64,000 bases of DNA from an uncultured virus (IMG/VR IMGVR_UViG_3300035162_003276) (Duplodnaviria; Heunggongvirae; Uroviricota; Caudoviricetes), in the IMG/VR virus record IMGVR_UViG_3300035162_003276; one strand, written 5' to 3'. Under the pieces are notes generated by a model. That model ran no database searches and was not told the DNA's origin. It was given only the letters and a program-made list of their open reading frames with translations. The position numbers were made by a program, and so were the translations under genes. This document shows, piece by piece, positions 7,440 through 16,869 of this stretch (position 1 is its first letter; each line of letters opens with the position of its first letter).

Positions 7440-7635
7440 TTGTGGAAACCCCATTCATGGAGCTCGACTCGAAGCAGTTCCCGGTACAGAGTATTGCGTA
7501 AACTGTGCCGACAGGAATTCTACTCCCACCATCGCCCGTGTGATCTATAGTCACAAGTGCGACAGTGAACTCTTCATTGCAAAGGGTAAGGAGAATGTTC
7601 GTCGTCTCGACCGTGAATGGGCCAGGGCGCGATGA
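7426..7635 (+). CDS. TraR/DksA-type C4 zinc-finger protein
   Basis: CLDCGNPIHGARLEAVPGTEYCVNC matches the CxxCG-x2-I-x3-RL-x-A-x-P-x4-CxxC signature. Confidence 0.8.
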   Translation: MNCLDCGNPIHGARLEAVPGTEYCVNCADRNSTPTIARVIYSHKCDSELFIAKGKENVRRLDREWARAR

Positions 7636-8504
7636 TTAAGTCTCTCCTTCCAATTCTGTTTACTACGACTGTCTTTGCACAAGACATATGTCCACCTCGA
7701 TACAATAGTTTTACCTGCGACAAGTGGGAAAAAATCGAGGACAAAATTTGGTACAGGCAATGCACAAGTCAAGTCTTAACCGACGAAGGTGAACTTAAAT
7801 TCAGCACAACACTGGAGACTTGGAAGGATAAGTCCAATCCAAATTTCATCGACGTTGAGGGTGTTCTTACTATTAAACACCACCGATTCGGATGGGCATA
7901 TTACAACTATGTCCACCGAAGTCAGATGTGTCCATTCCCTTTGACTCAGGTCAAGGGGAATATCTATTGGGATTGGGATACTGCCTATGAATGGTATGGT
8001 CAAAACTCAACGGACGAACAGTGGGATTTATACCAAGAGTCAAATGTAAATTTTGGTGGGATGCAATGGGCCACCGGGCCCGGATTCGGTCGGAGTGGAG
8101 ATTTGTATTTTGGTTGTAGAAAGAAAGCTGGTCTAGTTTATAGTGGACCGACCCCATCATTCGCAACACGGGATATCGAATTTGACGATAGGTTGTGGCG
8201 GTTTCGTTTTCCGGAAGAAGAGAATGCTATTATTGATTTAGAACCACCACTATCGTTTGATCCCGATGATTCGGACAAGAATAATTTTGCGATGAACTTG
8301 CGAATTCGCATGAGTGGTAAGCATGTAATCAAAGCAGTAAACAGCGTGATGCTAGATGACGAGAACATAATTCAAATTCCAAACGTAGTACGAATTCGAT
8401 TCCGTGCTAGGTTTGAACTAATTGATCCTGAGTTGTGTCCGGATCAACCAGAACCACCTGCGCCGGTCTTCGGTGACTCAAGTGGCGATGAAATTGTTGA
8501 ATGA
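7632..8504 (+). CDS. exported hypothetical protein
   Basis: Signal peptide MIKSLLPILFTTTVFA|Q; Pro-rich linker and partial dockerin-like end GDSSGDEIV. Confidence 0.7.
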   Translation: MIKSLLPILFTTTVFAQDICPPRYNSFTCDKWEKIEDKIWYRQCTSQVLTDEGELKFSTTLETWKDKSNPNFIDVEGVLTIKHHRFGWAYYNYVHRSQMCPFPLTQVKGNIYWDWDTAYEWYGQNSTDEQWDLYQESNVNFGGMQWATGPGFGRSGDLYFGCRKKAGLVYSGPTPSFATRDIEFDDRLWRFRFPEEENAIIDLEPPLSFDPDDSDKNNFAMNLRIRMSGKHVIKAVNSVMLDDENIIQIPNVVRIRFRARFELIDPELCPDQPEPPAPVFGDSSGDEIVE

Positions 8505-8530
8505 TCGTGATCGCTATCAACATGTTTTTT

Positions 8531-8538
8531 TATAAATA
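8531..8538 (+). promoter_or_regulatory. T4-type late promoter
   Basis: TATAAATA in the intergenic gap. Confidence 0.65.
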
Positions 8539-8577
8539 CAATTGGGTCGATTGATTGAATAAAAAGGAGACAATACA

Positions 8578-8886
8578 ATGGCTACAACAACTACAACAAC
8601 GGAACCGAAACCCGGTGTTAAGTCAACGGAATTTTGGGCAGCAATTGGCATTGGAGGGTTGCCCCTCGCAGAACAATTTGGTTTCTTTAAAAACTGGCCT
8701 ATTACAGAGGGCGGAGAAATTGCAATGTGGGCTGTGGCGGGGGCCGTCATGTGCAGTTATATTTGGAGCAGAGCATGGGTGAAAGTAACGACGAACAAAG
8801 GAGAAGTAATTGATGAAATTACAAATGTATCAAAGCGCGACACTGGCCGTATCACTGTCGGTAGCAGCGCACGGACAAGTAAATGA
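8578..8886 (+). CDS. small membrane protein, holin-like candidate
   Basis: AGGAG RBS; KPGVKSTEFW then two hydrophobic segments and YIWSRAWVK. Confidence 0.55.
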   Translation: MATTTTTTEPKPGVKSTEFWAAIGIGGLPLAEQFGFFKNWPITEGGEIAMWAVAGAVMCSYIWSRAWVKVTTNKGEVIDEITNVSKRDTGRITVGSSARTSK

Positions 8887-9616
8887 TTTAGACTGTCCTC
8901 CTCGGCTTATGCCGATGACGAGTGTGACCGTACCCGATACGGATAAACTCATTACGGTCTCTGAAATTCAGACAGATACCAGAACTATTATCGCATCATA
9001 TGATACATTCATGCGAGATACGATTGGTGCATTTCCTATGGATGGGGAGATCGAATGGACCAACAACTCAGAACAGAAGAGAAGACTACGATACCGTCAG
9101 TCAATTCTTTTGGGTGAAGGTATCATGCCCATCATTCCTCCCGGATTTGAAGAGGTTTGCTGGGAACCATCAACCAGAAGACTCATTACGGTATACGAGC
9201 AAGTTCTCGATCCGGGTCAGAGTTTAACCACTCAAATTTTCTGGGAAATCATGACCAGATCGGAAGGACTTCTTGCAGATGTTAACAGCGATATGTGGGT
9301 TGATATGCAAGATCAGATGCTGGTTGTGGGAGCATTTGGAACTGATAATCCTCTGTATGATCTCGATCAGAGTGGTTTGGTCGATGGCGCAGATTTAGAA
9401 ATCCTGCTAAACCAATGGTCTGAATCTTCGGATGACTCTCTTGATGAGGCAAACGCTGGTCCCGATCCGGATCCAGTGGATCCTCCAGTAGAAGTGGTCA
9501 ATGGATCATTCAACGAGGCAGATCATATCTTCAAACTTACTTTCAATGAACAACCCAGTGATGCGAATAGGGGAGGGCATTGGATTGTCCCAAAAGCGGG
9601 TTGGCGGTTGATCTAA
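8813..9616 (+). CDS. exported protein with a dockerin-like (double EF-hand) domain
   Basis: Signal peptide ...VAAHG|Q; ADVNSDMWVDMQD and YDLDQSGLVDGADLEILLNQW. Confidence 0.8.
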   Translation: MKLQMYQSATLAVSLSVAAHGQVNDLDCPPRLMPMTSVTVPDTDKLITVSEIQTDTRTIIASYDTFMRDTIGAFPMDGEIEWTNNSEQKRRLRYRQSILLGEGIMPIIPPGFEEVCWEPSTRRLITVYEQVLDPGQSLTTQIFWEIMTRSEGLLADVNSDMWVDMQDQMLVVGAFGTDNPLYDLDQSGLVDGADLEILLNQWSESSDDSLDEANAGPDPDPVDPPVEVVNGSFNEADHIFKLTFNEQPSDANRGGHWIVPKAGWRLI

Positions 9617-10008
9617 TCAAAGGAGACTTCGGAGTCGCAGACGACTCCGGCTCTGGAGGTCAAGCCGCCATCTCGGTATCGACGTACGGGTATCAGTCAG
9701 TGAATTTAGATAATGATACAATGTCTGTTGATGAATGGGTCTCAGGAAATCCCAACGCAAAGTGGGTTATTGAGGTCTATCGAGATGGTGAGATGATTGG
9801 ATCCGTTGCAACGGATTCTCAGAATGTTACGGGTAGGGCACAAGTACAACCACCTGATGGATCAAGGCAGTATGGCAACGGAATCTGGTGGGCTAATTTA
9901 CTAAAACCCGATCAATTTCAGATTGGAGATCAGTGGGTGGTGTATGGGTGGAATGATATGAATCCAATTATCAACCAATATCCACCCGAGAGATTCGTTG
10001 ATTTATAA
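9580..10008 (+). CDS. probable -1-frame continuation of the dockerin protein
   Basis: 142-codon ORF in the -1 frame overlapping the upstream gene, with no good start of its own. Confidence 0.55.
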   Translation: MDCPKSGLAVDLIKGDFGVADDSGSGGQAAISVSTYGYQSVNLDNDTMSVDEWVSGNPNAKWVIEVYRDGEMIGSVATDSQNVTGRAQVQPPDGSRQYGNGIWWANLLKPDQFQIGDQWVVYGWNDMNPIINQYPPERFVDL

Positions 10009-10011
10009 ATA
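10004..10011 (+). promoter_or_regulatory. T4-type late promoter
   Basis: TATAAATA. Confidence 0.6.
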
Positions 10012-10118
10012 TTGTTGGGTCGGGCAGACTGCGAACTACGCCATTCAATAAGGCGCGTCACTTTTCTGTGTTTCATGGAACTGCCAAAAGGAATTTCGCT
10101 ACCTTTCGACCGCATAGT
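10012..10118 (+). ncRNA. candidate late-expressed structured RNA
   Basis: Nested stems GGTCG/CGACC, GGCAG/CTGCC, CGCC/GGCG, AAAGG/CCTTT between a late promoter and a terminator. Confidence 0.45.
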
Positions 10119-10119
10119 G

Positions 10120-10147
10120 GAAACACCCCCGTTTCGGGGGTGTTTTC
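10120..10147. terminator. bidirectional intrinsic terminator
   Basis: AAACACCCCC-GTTTC-GGGGGTGTTT between convergent units. Confidence 0.85.
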
Positions 10148-10151
10148 ATCA

Positions 10152-11279
10152 TCATCTCTTTACTTTTTTGAATACAGTTAACCTTGGTACTTTGGTCGCG
10201 TCCTTCAATTTGAAGAACTGACCAGTTGTATTTCTAGTTTCAGACGCAGCGGAAACTCCCGTTGGGAAAGTTATGCGTGTTTCGCCTGATGCACCACTGG
10301 TTTTTACTCTGTTTAATTTAATTCCTTGGTTTGGACCACTAACTCCCTCATAATCAATGTAGACTATGGATCTGAAGTTTAATTTTGGTCCACCGAAGAC
10401 TGTCAGACTGGAATCATTCGTCTGAAATCGTATTTCATTGACTTTTACTTGATAATTACCATCTTTAATGTTGGTAGATTCGAATCCACCACTAAAACCA
10501 AATGTTCCGTTCTGATTATCCTTCTTTGTGTTCAGAGATGGAGTCACAGTTTGCTTCTCGAACGTGAATGATGCAATGTCAAGGGATACACCTTCGGTAT
10601 CATTTATCTTATCGAGTGCATCTGACAAATTGGCATCGTTTGATTCTGGTAAAACCTTAAAAGAAGATCCCACTACTTGCAAATCTGCACTAAATCCACC
10701 GAAGACCACCTCTGTTTTCTCTTCGGCTTTACCAGAAACTACAAACTCTTCTAGGTTATTGTCATAGAAGGTAATTTTACCGTCAGTGTCCGACTCTAAC
10801 TCTATTGCGAAGTTTGCAGTCGAGAATCCACGGTCCTTCGCTTCTTGTATTAACGGTTTGACATTGAAAGCAATTGGTTGATCTACGAAAACATTCTTTG
10901 GAATTGACTTTTCAACCGACGAAACTTCAAATCTTGTCATGTCGTAAGTATAATTATCAAATCCAGTTTGGTTTTTATCTAAAAGTTTAACTATTTCCTT
11001 ACCACCCGTAAAATTACGGTCAACTTTATTGATCGTCAGTGTGAGGTAAGACTCAGAAGCTTTGTCAGATCCTGAAAACACTGTATTTCTAGGGGTTTCC
11101 AGCTCAAAATTAACAAACAGATTCATCACTCCCCCGACCTGTGGAGTACGAGACTGATTTCCACTTTTGTCGATGGATATGTGATCGGTTTCATCAAAGA
11201 AACCAGCAACATCAGCCCTACTAGCAAAGTAGAAACTTTTTCTATATGATCTCTTCGACGATCTAGATGTCAAACTCAT
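10152..11279 (-). CDS. hypothetical protein (probably virion-associated)
   Basis: 375-aa ORF, ATGA-coupled to the upstream gene. Confidence 0.7.
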   Translation of the reverse strand: MSLTSRSSKRSYRKSFYFASRADVAGFFDETDHISIDKSGNQSRTPQVGGVMNLFVNFELETPRNTVFSGSDKASESYLTLTINKVDRNFTGGKEIVKLLDKNQTGFDNYTYDMTRFEVSSVEKSIPKNVFVDQPIAFNVKPLIQEAKDRGFSTANFAIELESDTDGKITFYDNNLEEFVVSGKAEEKTEVVFGGFSADLQVVGSSFKVLPESNDANLSDALDKINDTEGVSLDIASFTFEKQTVTPSLNTKKDNQNGTFGFSGGFESTNIKDGNYQVKVNEIRFQTNDSSLTVFGGPKLNFRSIVYIDYEGVSGPNQGIKLNRVKTSGASGETRITFPTGVSAASETRNTTGQFFKLKDATKVPRLTVFKKVKR

Positions 11280-13621
11280 GTACAGATTACCGTGAAGTTA
11301 AGGTCATCACCACATCTGGCGATTTCTAGTTTGTTTAAGTTATCAATTTCAACAAAGATTTCTTCTCCGACAGTGAGTAGGAATCCGAGTATAGTTGTGG
11401 TGTCAGCATTTGAACCTTCTGCGGGAGATGTAAACCCGACTCGCATACCACCAGTCGAGGTTCCGTCTTCGCACTTGATTCTAACACCCCTCTTGCAGAC
11501 GAAACTATCGAGTGCAGGATTCGATCCAGTTAAGTCGAATGTCTTAACGTATCCAACAGCAGGCATTTCGATGTTTTGTATATCTGCCTGTACAGTTGTT
11601 ACGTTTGCATTCGGGTTCGATCCCGGATCTGCTGCAAGAACTGATTTGAAGAAGTCCTTCAGTGATGCTAGGAATGGATCAGTTTCATCTCCACCAAGAA
11701 GACCCTTAACATCCCCGAGTGTTGATTCACTTGCAACATTGTCAGCAAGGGTCTCAATTTCTGATCTGATTAGTTCAGCAGTTGCACCTAATGCTCTTAC
11801 TGTTCCCTGATAGACAGGTTCTTCGTAGTTGGCGGTGACTCCACCAGTGAATCCCATCAGCATAGTACCGATTGCACCATCTGTTGCTACGGTTCTTCTC
11901 GTTGGGTCTGCAACACCGATTGAGTGGTGTTCTGCGGTGATTCCGCCAATCCCAACCCCAATGTCTCCTGTTACAGAGGAAGCAAGGGTAGCACCCTTCT
12001 TGAGTTGGATGTATAGTGCAGATTCATTATCATTTGTAACACCAATGACTGCACCCGATTCAACGGAAGATATTCCAATTGAAGTGTTGGAGATTGTCAA
12101 GTTACCACTCAGGCTGAGTGGGTTGACAACGTGAGTCAGGAGGTGACCACCAGAAGATCCTACATGCTCGAACACATGACCTTCTGCTTGTGGGGTAGCA
12201 TTTCCGCCAGCAGAGACACCCATGAGGAACACAGGTTGACCAACCGTTGGAGAGGTTACACCTGATCCAAATACCTTCACAGAGTCCTTGCTGTTGTGTG
12301 CGGTGAGTCCTCTGACATCAAGTCCACCGACCCCAACAGTAATTCCTACAGTGACACCACTTCCAAGACCGTTCCCACCAATACCAATGGTAACGCCCGT
12401 TGCTATACCTTGGATTGTGGCATGAACATCACCAGTCACTCCGAATGTAGCACCAGCCCTTGGTTGCACATAAAGTGCCCCAGCAGCAGCGTTGGTGACG
12501 CCCGCACTTACAATCGAATCAAGTGTTCCACCGTCTAGAGTGAGTCCCTTGTTGGTAATTTCTACCGATCCTGCTACATTTGGAAGTGTAACAACATCAA
12601 CCGAAACTGGAGTTTCACATGTAATCCCGATTGGGTATGCGGATCCCGCAGTACCAGAAACAAACACAGGCAGAGCATCAACAGTGGATCCTTGGATCGG
12701 GACTGCGTTGTTCATTGCGTTGTTTATGGTTAGATCAGAAAGTGAACTAATGTCTGCTGTAACACTGAGTGAACTAAGTCCAGCAATATTGACATTTAAT
12801 GAGTTGTTTGCAGTGCAAATACCCAGTGCGGTAAATGCACCTGTATTGTCAAACCCAAGAATAGTCTTAACGGAATCACCCGCACCAAACCCCTTGACTT
12901 TGACTGAATCCCTGTTCGTGGTCAGTCCACGAATGTCTAGGTTGTTTGCTGTGATGCCTACAGTCGCACCTGCAACGATACTGGCGATGTTGAAGTCACC
13001 ACCAGATGCGAGTGTTGCAATAACGTCACCAGTGACAACGAGTGGAGTCATTCCAGTGAACCCTTGGACTGAAAGGGTTCCTCCGCCGATTTGGTCTACT
13101 GATGCAGACAGTGAACCAGAGACTGGGAAAACTACACCAGTTTTTGGTTGCACATAGAGTGCAGCTGTGTTTTCGTTCGTGACACCTACCGTAGAACCGG
13201 AGAGAGTGGCGGTAAGTGATCCTTCGATCGGAAGTGGAGCATCCATTGTAATTGAAATTGGATACCCAGAACTAGCACCTTGAATTTGTAGGGAATTTGC
13301 CCCACTAAGACCATCAACTAGATTTACCGAAACATTTCCTGCACCAGACAAACCACGGACGTTTACGTCCATGGCGTGGTTGCCAGAAAATGGAGTAGAA
13401 GTTATTGCTTCTCCTGATCCACTCTGGTATAATCGTGACGGAACAGGCGAACTGTTAACGTCTTGTCCATCACCAACTCTGGTGAATTCGTCAGAAGGAC
13501 CGAATCCAAGTTTGAATAATTGGTGATGTTGGTCGTTTACAAAATCAGTGCCTATTGTAGCACCAATGTTGTCTCCAGTACCAGTATTAATAATTAGATT
13601 TGCATCGGAATCAAATGCCAT
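11276..13621 (-). CDS. Gly/Thr/Val-rich fibre-like virion protein
   Basis: 781 aa; recurrent LDIRGLT..DSVKV and ALYVQP repeats. Confidence 0.7.
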   Translation of the reverse strand: MAFDSDANLIINTGTGDNIGATIGTDFVNDQHHQLFKLGFGPSDEFTRVGDGQDVNSSPVPSRLYQSGSGEAITSTPFSGNHAMDVNVRGLSGAGNVSVNLVDGLSGANSLQIQGASSGYPISITMDAPLPIEGSLTATLSGSTVGVTNENTAALYVQPKTGVVFPVSGSLSASVDQIGGGTLSVQGFTGMTPLVVTGDVIATLASGGDFNIASIVAGATVGITANNLDIRGLTTNRDSVKVKGFGAGDSVKTILGFDNTGAFTALGICTANNSLNVNIAGLSSLSVTADISSLSDLTINNAMNNAVPIQGSTVDALPVFVSGTAGSAYPIGITCETPVSVDVVTLPNVAGSVEITNKGLTLDGGTLDSIVSAGVTNAAAGALYVQPRAGATFGVTGDVHATIQGIATGVTIGIGGNGLGSGVTVGITVGVGGLDVRGLTAHNSKDSVKVFGSGVTSPTVGQPVFLMGVSAGGNATPQAEGHVFEHVGSSGGHLLTHVVNPLSLSGNLTISNTSIGISSVESGAVIGVTNDNESALYIQLKKGATLASSVTGDIGVGIGGITAEHHSIGVADPTRRTVATDGAIGTMLMGFTGGVTANYEEPVYQGTVRALGATAELIRSEIETLADNVASESTLGDVKGLLGGDETDPFLASLKDFFKSVLAADPGSNPNANVTTVQADIQNIEMPAVGYVKTFDLTGSNPALDSFVCKRGVRIKCEDGTSTGGMRVGFTSPAEGSNADTTTILGFLLTVGEEIFVEIDNLNKLEIARCGDDLNFTVICT

Positions 13622-13646
13622 TTTTTCTCTCCAGAAGGTTTCTAAA

Positions 13647-13653
13647 TATGTAT
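13647..13653 (-). promoter_or_regulatory. late-promoter variant ATACATA
   Basis: ATACATA on the - strand upstream of the 781-aa gene; CTAAATA on + at 13642-13648. Confidence 0.5.
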
Positions 13654-13673
13654 ATGTTGAAAGGACTCTCGAT

Positions 13674-13898
13674 ATGCTAGAAGACTTACCTAAGCAATTT
13701 TCATCTCATGTAATCAGTATCGTAAAGAAAAACGGTGGTCATTACATGGAAGCAGTTATAGAATCCTGCGAAGTGTTTAACATCGAACCACAAGTAGCAG
13801 GCAAGTTTTTGGACAAACCAATCGTCGAAAAGATTCAAGCAGAAGGGGAAGCCATGAATCTTCTTCCACGATCACAAAAACTTCCATTTTCCCCTTGA
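13674..13898 (+). CDS. 33: late transcription coactivator gp33
   Basis: FS...YMEAVIESCE..NIEPQ...KPIVEKIQAEG..MNLLP; adjacent to gene 32. Confidence 0.85.
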   Translation: MLEDLPKQFSSHVISIVKKNGGHYMEAVIESCEVFNIEPQVAGKFLDKPIVEKIQAEGEAMNLLPRSQKLPFSP

Positions 13899-13922
13899 CA
13901 GACCCAATAAATATTGTATAAT
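13895..13922 (+). promoter_or_regulatory. sigma70-type promoter of gene 32
   Basis: TTGACA-N16-TATAAT. Confidence 0.85.
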
Positions 13923-13981
13923 AAACACATCGCAGTACACATCGTACACAATCACATACCTCGTATACAAAGGAGAATATC

Positions 13982-14896
13982 ATGAGTTTCAGCGATATGA
14001 AGAAGAAGATGAGTCAGGTCGATCGTCTTACAGAAGAGATCAACAAGACCCAGAACAAGTCAGAGTCCTACAAGGACGATCGTTTTTGGAAGCCCGAAGT
14101 TGACAAGGCAGGGAACGGTTACGCCGTAATTCGCTTCCTCCCCGCAGCAGAGGGTGACGACGTTCCGTGGGCGCGTGTGTTTTCACACGGATTCCAAGGC
14201 AAGGGTGGTTGGTTCATTGAGAACTGTCCTACCACGATTGGAAAGAAGTGTCCTGTTTGTGAAGCAAACAACGAACTGTGGAACAGTGGAGTCGAGGATG
14301 ATAAGAACATCGCTCGGGATCGCAAGCGCAAGTTGTCGTACATCTCTAATATCATTGTTATGAGTGATCCTGCTAACCCGCAGAATGAGGGTAAGGTGTT
14401 CCTCTACAAGTATGGCAAGAAGATTTTTGATAAGATCACTGAGTCCATGCAGCCTGAGTTTCAGGATGAAACTCCCATCAATCCGTTTGATTTCTGGGAA
14501 GGTGCGAACTTCAAGTTGAAGATTCGTAAGGTCGCTGGTTACACCAACTACGACAAGTCAGAGTTTGAGTCTATCTCTGCTCTGTACGAGGGCAAGGATT
14601 CTCTCCTTGAACCTCTCTGGAAGAGTCAGTATGCTCTCTCTGAGTTTACCGACGCTTCCAACTTCAAGGACTATAACGATCTGGCAACCAAGCTGGATTC
14701 GGTCCTTGGAGACAATCCGAAGGAGACTCACTACGAGTCGAAGTCGGCAGAGGACGTTGCTCCGAAGGATTCGGACTTCTCTCCCAAGTTCAACCGAACG
14801 ACGGAAGAGTCTAGTTCTTCGAGTACAGAATCTACGACGGACATCGAGGAGCAGGACGCTATGTCCTACTTCGAGAAGCTCGCTAGTGAGGACTGA
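13982..14896 (+). CDS. 32: single-stranded DNA-binding protein gp32
   Basis: DDRFWK..DKAGNGYAVIRFLP, HGF...ENCPTTIGKKCPVC, GKKIFDK, acidic tail. Confidence 0.97.
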   Translation: MSFSDMKKKMSQVDRLTEEINKTQNKSESYKDDRFWKPEVDKAGNGYAVIRFLPAAEGDDVPWARVFSHGFQGKGGWFIENCPTTIGKKCPVCEANNELWNSGVEDDKNIARDRKRKLSYISNIIVMSDPANPQNEGKVFLYKYGKKIFDKITESMQPEFQDETPINPFDFWEGANFKLKIRKVAGYTNYDKSEFESISALYEGKDSLLEPLWKSQYALSEFTDASNFKDYNDLATKLDSVLGDNPKETHYESKSAEDVAPKDSDFSPKFNRTTEESSSSSTESTTDIEEQDAMSYFEKLASED

Positions 14897-14922
14897 TTGA
14901 ATAATCAGTTAAGATGATTGAG

Positions 14923-14953
14923 AAAGGTCCGGGGTAAAACCCGGACCTTTTTT
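14923..14953. terminator. intrinsic terminator (likely bidirectional)
   Basis: AAAGGTCCGGG-GTAAAA-CCCGGACCTTTTTT between convergent genes. Confidence 0.9.
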
Positions 14954-16869
14954 CATGCACCTTGGAACGCTTCGACTGATGGGTCTGGGCGGGTAGGTCT
15001 ACTTGATTGTGGTGTGGGTGGTGTTGATTGTGTGACGTTGGTCACAGTAGAAGGAGCGTTGACAACATTTGTCGATCCACCGCTCTCGGTCGTCCTTGGT
15101 TCAACAGCGTTTCCATTTGATGCAGTTTGCATCGGTGTTAGATTCGCAGTAACCACACCACTGGATTCAAAATCTGATGTATCATATGACAGTTCGTAAT
15201 TTCCAGAAGAAACGGCTTCGGGTGGTAGTTTGTACAAAGCGTTTCTTTTCGCTATGGACATGGCATTTCCACCGCGGCCCTGCATTGATCTAGACGCAGC
15301 AGAAATTCTTTCTCCTGCTGTTGCTACCACCTGACCAGCAGAAGATAGTTGCGAACTTGCTTGCGGAGAATCCACTGGTTCGAGAGCTCTTGCACCTTCA
15401 GCAAATTCTCGTAAGGTCGCATCTGGTATTGCCTTCAGACCAGCCTTCTTGTTTTGATTGTTCAGTTTTTTCAGACTTGCATATAGACCATCTTTATTTG
15501 CAGCAACAAATTCTGGGTCCGATGCAGCAAACCTGAGTGCTTTCTCTGAGTCACCTTGCATGAGTGCTGATCGAGCTGTTCTCATTGCCATCTTTGCCGT
15601 GGTCATCGGATCTGATGTATCTGCTGATATTCTTGCAGATGAAGCATTGAATTCTGTATCTGCTGCTGTACCTGATTGTGCTTCTGCTGTGGTTGTTCCT
15701 AACAATCCACCAAGAAGGAGAACATCGTTGAATTCATCTTCACCGAAGATCGCACTGCCTAGTTTGTTCAGTCCGTAACCGGCCGCACCACCGATAGCAG
15801 CAGCACCGGCGATCATACCTGCAACTGCGAGTGGAGCGGATGCAAACGCGGTTCCTACTGTCATTGCTCCTAGCTTAGCAGCACCGGCGGCCGCACCACC
15901 TATTCCTGCGGCAGCTGCACCTGCTGCTTTTGCTCCACCTGCGGCAGCTGCACCTGCTGCTTTTGCTCCACCTGCAACTGTAGCGGCAATTCCCTTACCA
16001 GCAACGGCGAGAAGTGCTTTGGTTTTTGTTAGTGCTGCACCCAACACCGTCCCCCCGAGGGCAGAGAGACCACCAGCGTCAACATCAACATCAACTCCGC
16101 CCCCTCCTCCACCACCACCGGAAGCAGAAGCAGCAGTTGCAGCTCCACCCACAGACTCCGCCACCTCTTGTAACATTCTATCGCGTTCTGAAGCTTCAAC
16201 TTTTGCTAGGTTCGCAGCATTTTTTGCTTCTTCTGCTTGAGTCTGAAGATGCTTGAGCATCTCTTCAAGTGCGAGTGCCGATCGTAAATTATACTCTTCT
16301 AGTTTTTCTAGATGAATAGTCTGTTGTGTGGCTTGTTGTTGCGTGACTTCTACGTCATCTGCGACCTCTTGGTCACCGTTAGGAACCACTGAATCAGCAG
16401 GAGTTGTGAGGTCTGATTCTTCTTCATCTCGGGGACGACGACCTGAAAGTTTCTGGAACCCCTTGAGTGCGAGGTCAAGTGGAAGTTTTGCTCCAAACCC
16501 AGCGGCACCAAGTAAACCTCTTTTTCTACCAGCAAAGGATTCGCCGACTGCTGGCATTAGAGTACCGATATCTCTCCTGAATATATTACCAATTCCGCGA
16601 GTAGATGCTGATATCGGCATCTGTTCTCTTTGTTCTTTGAGTTTTTCGGTGAATGCTTGCGTTCTACCTGCATCAGAGAATGACGGTAGTAGAGTTCTAT
16701 CTCTGAGATTAAATGCACCGGGTGTAGATTCCGAACCACGATTGGTAATTGCCTTTTTTGCTCGACCCAATACACTTATACCAGCAATACCAAGCAAAAG
16801 AGAGTTTGTTTTCTCTTGCGTCTGTAGCATTTTCTTTAAAACTTCTGCTTGTTCTTTATCAGTTGCCAT
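14953..16869 (-). CDS. tail tape-measure / baseplate hub protein (gp29-like)
   Basis: Ala/Gly-rich helical protein downstream of gp51 and gp26; C-terminal NVVNAPST. Confidence 0.65.
   Translation of the reverse strand: MATDKEQAEVLKKMLQTQEKTNSLLLGIAGISVLGRAKKAITNRGSESTPGAFNLRDRTLLPSFSDAGRTQAFTEKLKEQREQMPISASTRGIGNIFRRDIGTLMPAVGESFAGRKRGLLGAAGFGAKLPLDLALKGFQKLSGRRPRDEEESDLTTPADSVVPNGDQEVADDVEVTQQQATQQTIHLEKLEEYNLRSALALEEMLKHLQTQAEEAKNAANLAKVEASERDRMLQEVAESVGGAATAASASGGGGGGGGVDVDVDAGGLSALGGTVLGAALTKTKALLAVAGKGIAATVAGGAKAAGAAAAGGAKAAGAAAAGIGGAAAGAAKLGAMTVGTAFASAPLAVAGMIAGAAAIGGAAGYGLNKLGSAIFGEDEFNDVLLLGGLLGTTTAEAQSGTAADTEFNASSARISADTSDPMTTAKMAMRTARSALMQGDSEKALRFAASDPEFVAANKDGLYASLKKLNNQNKKAGLKAIPDATLREFAEGARALEPVDSPQASSQLSSAGQVVATAGERISAASRSMQGRGGNAMSIAKRNALYKLPPEAVSSGNYELSYDTSDFESSGVVTANLTPMQTASNGNAVEPRTTESGGSTNVVNAPSTVTNVTQSTPPTPQSSRPTRPDPSVEAFQGA
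15905..15975. repeat. 33-bp perfect tandem duplication
   Basis: CCTGCGGCAGCTGCACCTGCTGCTTTTGCTCCA x2 (AGGAKAAGAAA on the - strand). Confidence 0.9.

Noticed and set aside
8490..8535. Frameshift restoring a full dockerin at the end of the 7632 gene
   Set aside because: The alternative frame adds only about 11 residues, and no slippery site is evident
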